Sequence record: NC_062581.1
Length of the DNA stretch: 64,000 nucleotides
Direction: 5' to 3' (one strand)
The notes beneath the pieces were generated by a model. The model was not told where the DNA came from. It did not search any database and saw nothing but the letters and a program-made list of their open reading frames with translations. The translations under genes and the position numbers were made by a program. Positions 55,185 to 64,000 of the stretch are shown piece by piece (the first letter of the stretch is position 1; every line of letters begins with the position of its first letter).

Positions 55185-55640
55185 ATGCCATTTGATATTC
55201 CGAAACATGCGATTGCTGCTTTCTTGCGTTTAGCTGAAAAAGATGACCTGGTCAAGAACGTTTCTATTTGGAGCCAATACATGGAGTCGTTTACAACTCC
55301 AGGCTTTATTGAAAACGGCGAATGGTTATTTTCTGCACACATGAGTCTTAGTCGAGTTAGCGGCACACTTGACTTTGATACCATGGATGCAATGGCAGCA
55401 CGTATGTTGTTGTTGGTGGACCTCTTTAAAGATGGTATCACCCTGCAAACAGACGTTGCCGAACGGCTAGTGGTAAAACGTTTGGAGGATAGCTATACAC
55501 TGTCCCATGAATCTATTGGACGTATGCGTGACTGGGTCTATATTGACCAAGGCAACACACAAACGTTTCCTATTGATAAACCTTACGCCGTGATGGAAGC
55601 AATTGCTAAACGCTTTTCTGAACCCTGGCGTACCAATTAA
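55185..55640 (+). CDS. Hypothetical protein
   Basis: TAAGGAG SD before MPFDIP. Confidence 0.7.
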   Translation: MPFDIPKHAIAAFLRLAEKDDLVKNVSIWSQYMESFTTPGFIENGEWLFSAHMSLSRVSGTLDFDTMDAMAARMLLLVDLFKDGITLQTDVAERLVVKRLEDSYTLSHESIGRMRDWVYIDQGNTQTFPIDKPYAVMEAIAKRFSEPWRTN

Positions 55641-55648
55641 GGATAGCT

Positions 55649-55912
55649 ATGGCATTCGTAGAACAAACTGAGTTGTCTCCAGAGTTGATCAAAACGATTG
55701 ACGGGATGACCAAAGAGTTCGTTGCTGCAAATGGGCGTGTAACTTGTGAAGTGTCAATCCAAGAATGTTTTTTGGTTGCTGCTCATAATTACATCCACCT
55801 CAAAAACAAAGAATTTGTTCAAGGGATATGGGTTATTTACAAATGCGATACGTGTGTGTCGTATAGTGAAAAACATCCGTACCACTTGTCCATTGAAAGA
55901 ATCAGGGGATAA
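55649..55912 (+). CDS. Small protein with C/H motifs
   Basis: TAAGGA SD; HNYIH and CDTC. Confidence 0.65.
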   Translation: MAFVEQTELSPELIKTIDGMTKEFVAANGRVTCEVSIQECFLVAAHNYIHLKNKEFVQGIWVIYKCDTCVSYSEKHPYHLSIERIRG

Positions 55913-55914
55913 CA

Positions 55915-56202
55915 ATGCACGTTGTATCAGCAGAGCAAGCATTAGGCTTGTTGAACCAAGAGCATGTGGAAGAATTCTTTAAAGAGTTCAATGCGTGCAT
56001 GGGTGATGCTAAATGGGTTGAAGACTGGCGGCGCGGTGGTGATGGCAAAAGCTACTGGACTTTCTCCTTGGGGAAAGATCACAACACCGCTACTGAGAAA
56101 GAGATCAAACTCTTTCTTGAAAACTCCGGTTGGAAAGTAACTGAAGTTAATCGCGGTTACGATCGCAATCATTACACCTGCTATTACGTAGCCAAAGCTT
56201 AA
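55915..56202 (+). CDS. Small hypothetical protein
   Basis: LENSGWKV motif. Confidence 0.68.
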   Translation: MHVVSAEQALGLLNQEHVEEFFKEFNACMGDAKWVEDWRRGGDGKSYWTFSLGKDHNTATEKEIKLFLENSGWKVTEVNRGYDRNHYTCYYVAKA

Positions 56203-56216
56203 TCCTGGGGAACGAG

Positions 56217-56570
56217 TTGGAAAATAAAATTGAAGTGGTTCGTAAGAAACACGGGATCTCGTATATTCCCCAGCATTACGTAAACCGGCTTGCCCATGAT
56301 GCTAACATCATTAGCATTGTTGGCGATGGTGAATCTCGTCCTGAATTTAAGCCTACCCAAAACGTTTTGAAATTGACTACTGGCCTGTCAGGTATCAGTG
56401 GTGGTGACATGCGTCAAGCAGTAGCATTTCTGGAAAGCTTGGATGGTGCAAACTTTTTCATCCATTGCTACATGGGTCAGATCCGTTCCAAGCAATTGGC
56501 TCAGAGCTTGGCCCTGCGTTATCCGAAATACCAAGTTTTGAAACACGCTACAAATTTCAAACTTCTTTAA
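56217..56570 (+). CDS. Minimal CX5R protein-tyrosine/dual-specificity phosphatase-like protein
   Basis: FFIHCYMGQIRS P-loop; TTG start. Confidence 0.65.
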   Translation: MENKIEVVRKKHGISYIPQHYVNRLAHDANIISIVGDGESRPEFKPTQNVLKLTTGLSGISGGDMRQAVAFLESLDGANFFIHCYMGQIRSKQLAQSLALRYPKYQVLKHATNFKLL

Positions 56571-56597
56571 CAACTCTTCCCCGATTAAGGATTAATC

Positions 56598-57353
56598 ATG
56601 GCTTACGAACAAGTTTACAAAGGGCAAGCACCAGTAGGTCCAAAGATCACTCATGACAATGGTCCTGACTTTACCCCTTATTCATACCAGCCAACTGAAG
56701 CGGTCTACGCTGAAGAGTGGGTAACAAAATGGCAACCCGAGCATGTTCCTGTCGGCACAGTGCTCCGTTATAACACCAGCATGGTTGGTGCTGAAAAGGA
56801 TCTGGAAGTAACTGTAACTGGTCATCAGTGGAATGGTCCGCATTCCTGGGTTGTACTGACCAATGATCCTTGTCCAATCCGTGGTTCTGAAGACACAGCA
56901 AGTTTTCATTACAGCCACATCCGCAGTATTGTTTCTCGTGGGAACGGTAAAGTAAACTGGCGCAGCTACAAAGCCGATGATTACTACCGTAATGAATATT
57001 TGGCTAATTTGCCGGACCTTCAAAAACTCGGCATAAAAACAAAACACACATACGCCGCTCATCGAGTGCGTACGATTGTTGGTTTTGTGTTGGCTAACCA
57101 TCCAGCTTTCTCTGACATGATGGACAGTAACCATCTGTACAATTCGGATATCTACAGTTTCCCAATTGAAAAGTTGGACGCTATCTTTGAATACACTGCG
57201 CTGAGTCAATGGCACGGTTATTATTCAGTAAGCAAAAAGAAACTGATTAAAGAGCTGAAGAAACGTATTCCACGTCTTCGTGTATCGCGTAAGAAAACGC
57301 AACGTGAAGATGACGACCACTACCGTGATCTGCTTGAAGAACACGACGCTTAA
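56598..57353 (+). CDS. Hypothetical protein
   Basis: TAAGGA SD; 251 aa. Confidence 0.72.
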   Translation: MAYEQVYKGQAPVGPKITHDNGPDFTPYSYQPTEAVYAEEWVTKWQPEHVPVGTVLRYNTSMVGAEKDLEVTVTGHQWNGPHSWVVLTNDPCPIRGSEDTASFHYSHIRSIVSRGNGKVNWRSYKADDYYRNEYLANLPDLQKLGIKTKHTYAAHRVRTIVGFVLANHPAFSDMMDSNHLYNSDIYSFPIEKLDAIFEYTALSQWHGYYSVSKKKLIKELKKRIPRLRVSRKKTQREDDDHYRDLLEEHDA

Positions 57354-57362
57354 GGAATTCCC

Positions 57363-57923
57363 ATGCGCAATACTTCTATCGCTACTTTGAAACTGGCACA
57401 ACTGTTGGTTGGTGCAGACGGCATGGTTCCCGTCCATCACAAAGTGGGTAAGTGCACACGCTGGCTTGTCGAGGAAGGCCGTCAAACGCTTGACCCTACG
57501 TCAGTGACTCATGACTTCCGTATTCCATTGGCGAGCCTACAAGTTCGTTCTGGTTCTGACGCTGGTGGCGATTTCATTCACCTGGTAACACCTTCACGTG
57601 GTAAAAGTTGGTTCGATATTGTTCGTACCGAAGGTGGTAGTGTTGAAGTCCTGGCAACCATCCCGGAAGCAGTAGCCGAGTCTTTGGAAATCACATTGAC
57701 CACAGGCGAACTGCTAACCATCCGCGCAGGTGAAACCGCCGCTAAGGTTACAGTGATCAATGCTGCAAAGCATATTCACGATCCGGAAAATAATGTGTTG
57801 GGTATGGCTTCTCTTAACTCCAAACTTCTTTATGACCAGACCAAGATTACTTTTACCCATGAAGTAAAAGATTCTGGCCGTCTGATCATGGGTCACAAAG
57901 ACCTTCCTAACTGGATGAACTAA
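57363..57923 (+). CDS. Protein with a LapA-repeat-like Ig segment
   Basis: TEGGSVEVLATIPEAVAESLEITLTTGELLTIRAGETAAKVTV; TAAGGA SD. Confidence 0.6.
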   Translation: MRNTSIATLKLAQLLVGADGMVPVHHKVGKCTRWLVEEGRQTLDPTSVTHDFRIPLASLQVRSGSDAGGDFIHLVTPSRGKSWFDIVRTEGGSVEVLATIPEAVAESLEITLTTGELLTIRAGETAAKVTVINAAKHIHDPENNVLGMASLNSKLLYDQTKITFTHEVKDSGRLIMGHKDLPNWMN

Positions 57924-57924
57924 T

Positions 57925-58314
57925 ATGTCAATCATTGTTCACGAGATTGATGTTAAAGCTGTACTGGACCAATCCGGTAAGCTGGGGCATGCTTTCTTTA
58001 CCGTCGTTGGAAATAACGACATCAAAGATCTGGTGGAAATCTTCCATCATCAAAACATCGATAACTTTACCCACACAATCGTGGTGCATGTTAACGGCCA
58101 TGTAAAGTTTGTCAGTGAACCATCGGAACCAGCTCCAACCAATCCGATGAAACACATGCTCAATGATGAGCATTGGCCGTCGATTGTCTTGCGTGACTTC
58201 AACCAGTTCTTGCTGGACAACGCTACTGCGTACCATGTGAAAGTGGCTGCCGATTTGGCCCAGCTTGAAGTGGAAGACCTGGAAAGCGACATTACCCGAG
58301 TCACCCGTAAATAA
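57925..58314 (+). CDS. Hypothetical protein
   Basis: 129 aa, tightly packed. Confidence 0.68.
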   Translation: MSIIVHEIDVKAVLDQSGKLGHAFFTVVGNNDIKDLVEIFHHQNIDNFTHTIVVHVNGHVKFVSEPSEPAPTNPMKHMLNDEHWPSIVLRDFNQFLLDNATAYHVKVAADLAQLEVEDLESDITRVTRK

Positions 58315-58323
58315 GGAATAGTC

Positions 58324-58752
58324 ATGCGCCCAGAGTTTATTGAATGGCATCTAAAATACCACCAGAAAAGTTTGGGCGTTCTGACCTACGATGAGTGTGT
58401 AGCAAAAGCACACTCCGTAGAACAAACCATTTCCGATCTGCCTGTGGGTAAACCAGGTTTGTATGAATTGGCCAAACAGTGTAAAAAACTGTGGCATTAT
58501 GCAGAAGCACTTTCTTACGTAGAAGCACTAGGTCGAGATGATCACTTGTCTCGTAAAGAGTACCTGTGTTCTTGGCGGTCACGTAAAGATGGCGTTATTA
58601 TAAAAGAACATCATGAAACGATTGTCTTTATGATTCCCCGTCGTATGCGCATGCCACGTGAACAACGTGAGTTCATGGCTGAAGAAATTTGCAATCTTTA
58701 CAGGACATTTGTTTCAGCATCAGATGTTGAGTTTATGTCTTTAACACAATAA
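58324..58752 (+). CDS. Hypothetical protein
   Basis: TAAGGA SD. Confidence 0.7.
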   Translation: MRPEFIEWHLKYHQKSLGVLTYDECVAKAHSVEQTISDLPVGKPGLYELAKQCKKLWHYAEALSYVEALGRDDHLSRKEYLCSWRSRKDGVIIKEHHETIVFMIPRRMRMPREQREFMAEEICNLYRTFVSASDVEFMSLTQ

Positions 58753-58770
58753 CCCAAGGAGACACCTGTC

Positions 58771-59328
58771 GTGGAAATTAGCGATAAACAATTGTTGGAT
58801 GCATTACTTGCACCCGCTACGCAACTGGCACCATTGAGTCGCCTGACCAACTACAAAAAGATGGTCGAAGCAATTCAAATGCACCCAGTTGCCGCTAAGG
58901 TCTGGGAGTTACCACAGGTGCAAGCTCATCATGAGGCATTCCAATCGGAGTGCTTCCAACAGGGTAATAAATGGACACTGTCTGATATTTATCACCATGT
59001 CCAATTGATCGTAGGCATTGTCTTTCGAGAACTCCTGCCGTTGGTTACTCTGGTGTACGAACGAGACAACGGGAGCCGATTGCTATTAGGTGCATCTGAT
59101 TTCAGTGATGATGCCCTGGGTATGGTTTACAGCATCTCTTCAGTCCGTGAAGATGGTTCCAATGGTGAATCTGAATACTATCGCATTACGGGCTGGGGTT
59201 TTATTAATGCGGTTGATATCCGTAAACGTTCTAACTACACCATGCATGGTCGTACTGCTTATGGCGTACGCACTATCGATGACGTGTTGAACGTTTGTGA
59301 TGCTTCTTCTGTCGATAAGGATTTATAA
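58771..59328 (+). CDS. Hypothetical protein
   Basis: AAGGAG SD; GTG start. Confidence 0.7.
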   Translation: MEISDKQLLDALLAPATQLAPLSRLTNYKKMVEAIQMHPVAAKVWELPQVQAHHEAFQSECFQQGNKWTLSDIYHHVQLIVGIVFRELLPLVTLVYERDNGSRLLLGASDFSDDALGMVYSISSVREDGSNGESEYYRITGWGFINAVDIRKRSNYTMHGRTAYGVRTIDDVLNVCDASSVDKDL

Positions 59329-59726
59329 TGCGTGCTAAGTTAAAAGATATTCGTCAAGGCCGAACGTTCTGGGAAGTAAGTGCTTACTTGCTCAATCGGG
59401 ACATGCCTGGTTTCGGTAGCATTACACGTGTTGAGTGTCTGAGTACACCCAAAGTAAAAATGTTAGGCATTTTGGGGCGTTCATATTTTGCCAACTTTCG
59501 CATTGAAACCGAGTTGGGTTCTTACGAATCAGAACGTTCGCTGTGCGACCTCAATGTAGTCCATTTTGGTTACAACCAACATCGGTTGTTCCGTAAAAAG
59601 AAACATGCTGAGGCATACGCCGCCCGCTTGTTGGCTAACTGCTACAACGCGGAAGAACGTCGTTTCATTGAACGCAATGGCCTTCGGCGCAAACCTAGTT
59701 CAAACAGCTTCCGCAGGGCTTCATAA
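59328..59726 (+). CDS. Basic hypothetical protein
   Basis: TAATG coupling; SLCDLNV..GYNQHRLF. Confidence 0.68.
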   Translation: MRAKLKDIRQGRTFWEVSAYLLNRDMPGFGSITRVECLSTPKVKMLGILGRSYFANFRIETELGSYESERSLCDLNVVHFGYNQHRLFRKKKHAEAYAARLLANCYNAEERRFIERNGLRRKPSSNSFRRAS

Positions 59727-59757
59727 AACTTACCTCCCCCACTTTAAGGAATAAAAC

Positions 59758-60165
59758 ATGAACAATCCAAAAGTTACCGAAATCACTGCAATCATCAAAG
59801 CAAACTTGGAAAGTGCTACACGCATGGATGTGGTGATCGCTGAGCTGCTTCGTGAACCAGACCTGCGTACTGTTCGTGACCAGTTCATGGAAGAAACAGG
59901 TAAGTCGGTTCATGCACAGTTGAATGAACTGATTAACTATCAAGAGAATCAAAAGCAATCCTTGTTTCAGTTCTCAGCGGTCTTGTTCTATCTGGATCAA
60001 GAACTTGCTCAGGGCACTAAAGGTGAATGGCGTCCAATCGCTAAAGCTCAAGCTAACATGCGTGTCAGCATTGATGCTATCCGTAGTCTTCGCCAAACGT
60101 TTGGTTTGGATCTGCGTGAAGCTAAACTGGTGATCGAAGCTTTTAACAAAGGCCTGTTTGAATAA
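59758..60165 (+). CDS. Protein ending in a ribosomal L7/L12 CTD-like motif
   Basis: SIDAIRSLRQTFGLDLREAKLVIE versus L12 [30 protein letters not shown] SD. Confidence 0.65.
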   Translation: MNNPKVTEITAIIKANLESATRMDVVIAELLREPDLRTVRDQFMEETGKSVHAQLNELINYQENQKQSLFQFSAVLFYLDQELAQGTKGEWRPIAKAQANMRVSIDAIRSLRQTFGLDLREAKLVIEAFNKGLFE

Positions 60166-60186
60166 TTCAAAGCTAGGGATAACATC

Positions 60187-60528
60187 ATGGCTGCAACCTA
60201 TACACTCAAACCAGATCACATGAATCTGAATAAAGCCGGAGAGCTATTTTATTACTTCACTGATGCAATGCCCGAAGGTGAAGATGCTCCACTCTTTGCT
60301 TGGGTAGATGTAGTCGCTCGTGACAAAGAAAATATCCGTGCGCCAGAAAATACTTTGGCTATACAAGTGGATCTTCCTACAGTCACCGATGAAATGATCG
60401 AGTGGTTTGCAGGTAGTCCAATTGATGGGCGTTTTCAGGTAGACGTAGCCAGTAAAGAACGTCTGGAAGTATTACGTAAACAACTGGCTGATTCTTTGGC
60501 CAAGTTTGACCTGGTTGACTATGTCTGA
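60187..60528 (+). CDS. Acidic hypothetical protein
   Basis: AGGGA SD; 113 aa. Confidence 0.68.
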   Translation: MAATYTLKPDHMNLNKAGELFYYFTDAMPEGEDAPLFAWVDVVARDKENIRAPENTLAIQVDLPTVTDEMIEWFAGSPIDGRFQVDVASKERLEVLRKQLADSLAKFDLVDYV

Positions 60529-60535
60529 TTAAGAC

Positions 60536-60584
60536 GACATAAAGGCTACCCTTCGGGGTAGCCACTATACCTTATTTTTTTTTT
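60536..60584. terminator. Bidirectional terminator closing the early island
   Basis: GACATAAA-GGCTACCC-TTCG-GGGTAGCC, then T10. Confidence 0.88.
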
Positions 60585-60972
60585 ATTCCGAATCAGCCGT
60601 CATGGCGTGGATTACCTTTTCGCAGGTATCCAAATCAAAATAAACTTTATCGAAATTACCAACATCCAACGTTACAAAATTCCCCAGACTGTAGGGGGCA
60701 TCTTTTTCATAAACGTCTAGTACGATTCGTTTGTTATAGAAGAGTTCTTTTAGAAGAAGCTCAGTACGCAGTGTGGCTTCCGAATTCTCAATACATGCGT
60801 TGTCCCATTCAGAATTCTTTAAAATGCTGTGAGCAACCCTTCCAGCCGCTTTAAACACCGCTGATGTGTTTTGTGACGCAGTAAACACAACTACTTTTGT
60901 ACCTACACCAATACTAGCTCGATGTCTAACATGATTAACCATGTCTTCAATCAAGTAATCGATTTGTTTCAT
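60583..60972 (-). CDS. Hypothetical protein downstream of DnaB
   Basis: Start at MKQIDY behind GGAG. Confidence 0.62.
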   Translation of the reverse strand: MKQIDYLIEDMVNHVRHRASIGVGTKVVVFTASQNTSAVFKAAGRVAHSILKNSEWDNACIENSEATLRTELLLKELFYNKRIVLDVYEKDAPYSLGNFVTLDVGNFDKVYFDLDTCEKVIHAMTADSE

Positions 60973-61050
60973 TTTGTACTCCGGGAATAAGGTAACGGAA
61001 TAAATTCTCCCCGAAGGGAGAACCATTCCTGCAACCACCACCAAGGTTCT

Positions 61051-62583
61051 TTAAATAGACCAAACCTCATCACCAGCTTCACCTGACATACCAGGAAGTT
61101 GACGAAGGCTAAAGTCTGCTTCTTTGTCGATGTCCCATGGGATCGTACCCACAGGTGCAAATGGAAGTACACAGTATTGGTCAGCTTCGCCCGTTACAGT
61201 ATTCCGGTGTTTACCACGTTGAATTGTAAAATACGATTTGCCCGCTACTTTCACAATGTGGAAGATCAATTCCAGGTCAGGTTCCTGACCCAGTCGACGA
61301 CAGCCATCATAGTAACCACGGTTAGCTACAATCTTAACGAAGTCTTCTGTGTTCTCACGCATAAGCTGCAATGCGTCAGATGACAATTGGTGTGGACTAA
61401 AGAATGTAATGCCTCGTGGCGCAGTGTAGTTACGCATACGACGGAATAACAGACGAATGTCATCACCAGCTACTTTAGCATCCAAACCTGTTTTAGGTAG
61501 CATGTTAAGATAATCAACACACAGATATTGAATCTCGTAACCTTGTGCTTGCAAACCATCTAGCCAGTTAGTAAAACCAGCAATAGTAAAATCAGTTGGG
61601 TCAAAACGAGTAATCAGTACTTTGAAACCAGATTCCTGCAACCGAGCAGAAATGTATTGAGTTGCCAATACTGGATCGATTAGAGATTCATCTACCGCCT
61701 CACCTGTTTCGTTTTCCATGAGATACTTGTAAAGGATTAACAAGTTATCCGATAGTTCGTTCTCAAGCGTTACAAACAAACATAGTGGTTTTTTATTCTT
61801 GTCCCGCATGAAAGGTTTGTTAAACAAACAAATATGCGAAAACACAGTCAAAGCAAAACCGGTTTTAAAGTTGTGTTGTAGACCACCACCCAGAATGAAC
61901 TCACCTCGACGCAATGCACCGAGCTTACCGAACATTCTGTTAAGACCTTTCCAACCAGTCTTGAATGCACCTTCAATAGACATGGTTTCTTTAACAGCTT
62001 CAAAGTACTTAGCAACTAGATCTGGATCATCAAAGTCAACTGTACCAATTTCTGCTGGGTGCTTAGCTTCTGCTCGCGCTTGAACAAAAGGATCTAGCTT
62101 ACCTTGCATCTCACGAATCAAACTGATGCTATTAATAGAACCAGTTGCGTTAAAAAGAAGTTTGTGAGAATACTCCTTCATGATTTGAGAAATCTTTGTA
62201 TCGTTCAAGTGAGCGCGCAATACGTTACGCTTCTCATTGATGCGCTGCATGATGGATAGACCATCAGGGAATACTTCGTTAACCGCAGATGCAACTGCTT
62301 CAAAAAGGTATGACTCTTCACGAGCACAAACCTGTACGTTTTGAAGAACTTCCATCATGCTAGGGAACTCAGTCGGAGTCTTGCAGTTGAGATCAACTAC
62401 TAGCCGACGAAGCTCTAGAAATGTTTGACGTCCGTGATCGCTATCAATAGAAGTTTCTTTAACTTGAATCGTTTCGATAACGTCAGAAATCAGCTCGGTC
62501 GATGCCGATGCAGGGGAGTCTTCGCGATGCTCTAGACAGAGCAAAGTGATGCAACTAACTAATAGTTGTTTATGCGTAGACAT
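61051..62583 (-). CDS. dnaB: DnaB-like replicative helicase (phiKZ gp118-like)
   Basis: TGWKGLNRMFG..GALRRGEF, Walker A variant LQHNFKT, FVTLEN, CVDYLNM, HQLS, IQRGKHR. Confidence 0.9.
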   Translation of the reverse strand: MSTHKQLLVSCITLLCLEHREDSPASASTELISDVIETIQVKETSIDSDHGRQTFLELRRLVVDLNCKTPTEFPSMMEVLQNVQVCAREESYLFEAVASAVNEVFPDGLSIMQRINEKRNVLRAHLNDTKISQIMKEYSHKLLFNATGSINSISLIREMQGKLDPFVQARAEAKHPAEIGTVDFDDPDLVAKYFEAVKETMSIEGAFKTGWKGLNRMFGKLGALRRGEFILGGGLQHNFKTGFALTVFSHICLFNKPFMRDKNKKPLCLFVTLENELSDNLLILYKYLMENETGEAVDESLIDPVLATQYISARLQESGFKVLITRFDPTDFTIAGFTNWLDGLQAQGYEIQYLCVDYLNMLPKTGLDAKVAGDDIRLLFRRMRNYTAPRGITFFSPHQLSSDALQLMRENTEDFVKIVANRGYYDGCRRLGQEPDLELIFHIVKVAGKSYFTIQRGKHRNTVTGEADQYCVLPFAPVGTIPWDIDKEADFSLRQLPGMSGEAGDEVWSI

Positions 62584-62713
62584 TTTAGCGGTATTCCTGA
62601 AAAGTGAATGTTTTCTAATTATGTGCCATGTATTATTATCTAGATAGGTAGTTTATTACATATCCCTATGTATAAGGCTATGAAACGTCAACATTCAACG
62701 GGGTGCCATCGAA

Positions 62714-63259
62714 ATGGTCAAACTGTTAGTCCTACCTGCCAACTTGCTGGAACATTTCCGTAATGATGGCGTACAGCTTACCAAATTGCTTGACATCAAC
62801 TATATGGCAAGCGTAGCGTCAGTCAGCGATCTCGCTGCTATCCATGACGCACTCAACAAATTCCCATTCAAGTTTTGTGAATTAACGAAAATTGAATTAG
62901 CAGATAGTCCAGTATCGGGCTTGATGCAACTAGCCAGTGCTCCAGGTGTTACGAACCTTAAGATGCAAGATTTGCACAATCGTGTAGAAGGACGTATTAC
63001 CAACAATGCGCTAACTAAAGTACTGCACCCTAGCCTTGAATGCTGGGAATACAGTCTTTATCCTGTAGATGAGAATCTTTGGGTTGCTGTGCAAAAGAGT
63101 TTGCACACGGGTAATGGCGATCCTGCTCGACTCTCCATCAAGGCCAATCATGCATTATTTGATGATATGATCGGCGAACTGATGCGAACTCGAACATTCG
63201 AGAGTGTCGCTTCAACAAAACTGTTCACTTATTATTTAGAGGCATTGCAGGCAAAGTAA
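62714..63259 (+). CDS. Conserved protein upstream of major capsid gene (phiKZ gp119-like)
   Basis: 181 aa; divergent from dnaB; TATG motifs upstream. Confidence 0.7.
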   Translation: MVKLLVLPANLLEHFRNDGVQLTKLLDINYMASVASVSDLAAIHDALNKFPFKFCELTKIELADSPVSGLMQLASAPGVTNLKMQDLHNRVEGRITNNALTKVLHPSLECWEYSLYPVDENLWVAVQKSLHTGNGDPARLSIKANHALFDDMIGELMRTRTFESVASTKLFTYYLEALQAK

Positions 63260-63317
63260 CTGCATCCCTAGATTTTGTAACACCACCAAAAACTCATCTC
63301 CTTCGAAGGAATAGATC

Positions 63318-64000
63318 ATGAATCTCGATTCACTGTTTAAACACAACGTAGCGAAACAATACACTCGCTTCTCCATGGAAGACTTCCTGGGCAAACTGGA
63401 AACCGAACAGAACTACGCTGACAACCTGCTGGCCAAAGGTAAGAGCCTGGTAGAATACATCAGCCAAGAAAACTTCGGCGACATTAACGAAGCACAACGT
63501 AGCACTGCTGGTGCTCTGTACAAAGATCTCGGTAGCATGCTGAAGACTTTCGGTTTTGAATACTTTGACGAGAAATCGGGCAAAGCACAAATCTCCGAAA
63601 ACCAACAACGCGCTGCTGCTATCGCTGCTATCGCCTGTGCTGATCCAGAAGCTTATAAGAAAGCTCTGCGTTCGGTTGCTAAAGAAGTAGTTTCGAACGA
63701 AGATAACGTCTTCAACGTTCGCCATGAATTTGCTGGTCCTGCTGGTTCCCTGCAAGTATTCCAAGACCACCTGGGTCTGGAAAACTACAACGAAAAATCC
63801 CAACGCGACTTCCGTGTTGTAACTGTTGGTTATAACCTCGAAGCTTCCCGTCAGGACGAGTTCGCTGAACGTCTGTACCCTACTACTGTTGTAAACCCAG
63901 TAGAAGGTGGTGTTGTTCAGGTTCTTCCTTACATCGCTGTAATGAAAGATGTATACCACGCCGTTAGCGGTCAGAAACTGCAAAACGAAGAAGTGAACAT
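63318..64000 (+). CDS. Major capsid protein, 3'-truncated (phiKZ gp120-like); absent from ORF track
   Basis: AAGGA SD; MNLDSLFKHN...; SME, SQE, SNE sites and GLE at residue 155 followed by NYNEKSQRDFRVVTVGYNL; very strong codon bias; position after DnaB and gp119-like gene. Confidence 0.88.
   Translation, partial: MNLDSLFKHNVAKQYTRFSMEDFLGKLETEQNYADNLLAKGKSLVEYISQENFGDINEAQRSTAGALYKDLGSMLKTFGFEYFDEKSGKAQISENQQRAAAIAAIACADPEAYKKALRSVAKEVVSNEDNVFNVRHEFAGPAGSLQVFQDHLGLENYNEKSQRDFRVVTVGYNLEASRQDEFAERLYPTTVVNPVEGGVVQVLPYIAVMKDVYHAVSGQKLQNEEVN

Noticed and set aside
61800-61900. Non-canonical DnaB Walker A (LQHNFKT)
   Set aside because: The catalytic K-T is retained and other motifs are intact; divergence is expected in jumbo phage helicases
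63330-63983. 217-aa minus-strand ORF
   Set aside because: Antisense to the major capsid gene, which the track missed because it lacks a stop in the window

Overview
The window is a gene-dense segment of a phiKZ-like (nucleus-forming, Chimalliviridae-type) jumbo phage genome, probably from a Pseudomonas-type host; the host and phage identity are inferred, not shown. It runs from the C-terminus of a non-virion RNA polymerase beta-prime subunit through an SF2 helicase, a virion RNAP beta-prime subunit and an exonuclease/N-terminal PolB fragment. A long head/inner-body and tail structural block follows (14-41 kb), then a roughly 19 kb early accessory island of about 50 small ORFs (41.3-60.5 kb), a DnaB helicase and the 5' end of the major capsid gene. 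phiKZ gp numbers are from recalled synteny and motifs, not a database search. Regulatory grammar visible in the sequence: seven copies of TTKAAM-N13-TATATTAC with invariant spacing, and a family of intergenic hairpins with conserved CGGCATAAAGCC/GGCTTTATGCCG-type flanks. The most unusual observations are a stand-alone fragment resembling the RNAP beta-prime dock region, a promoter-bounded array of membrane microproteins with tandem paralogues, a LapA-repeat-like Ig segment, an L7/L12-like motif protein, and several candidate counter-defence proteins (macrodomain, NADAR-like, Gp49/Acb4-like, alarmone hydrolase, CX5R phosphatase). No tRNA, rRNA, CRISPR array, integrase or transposase was recognised.
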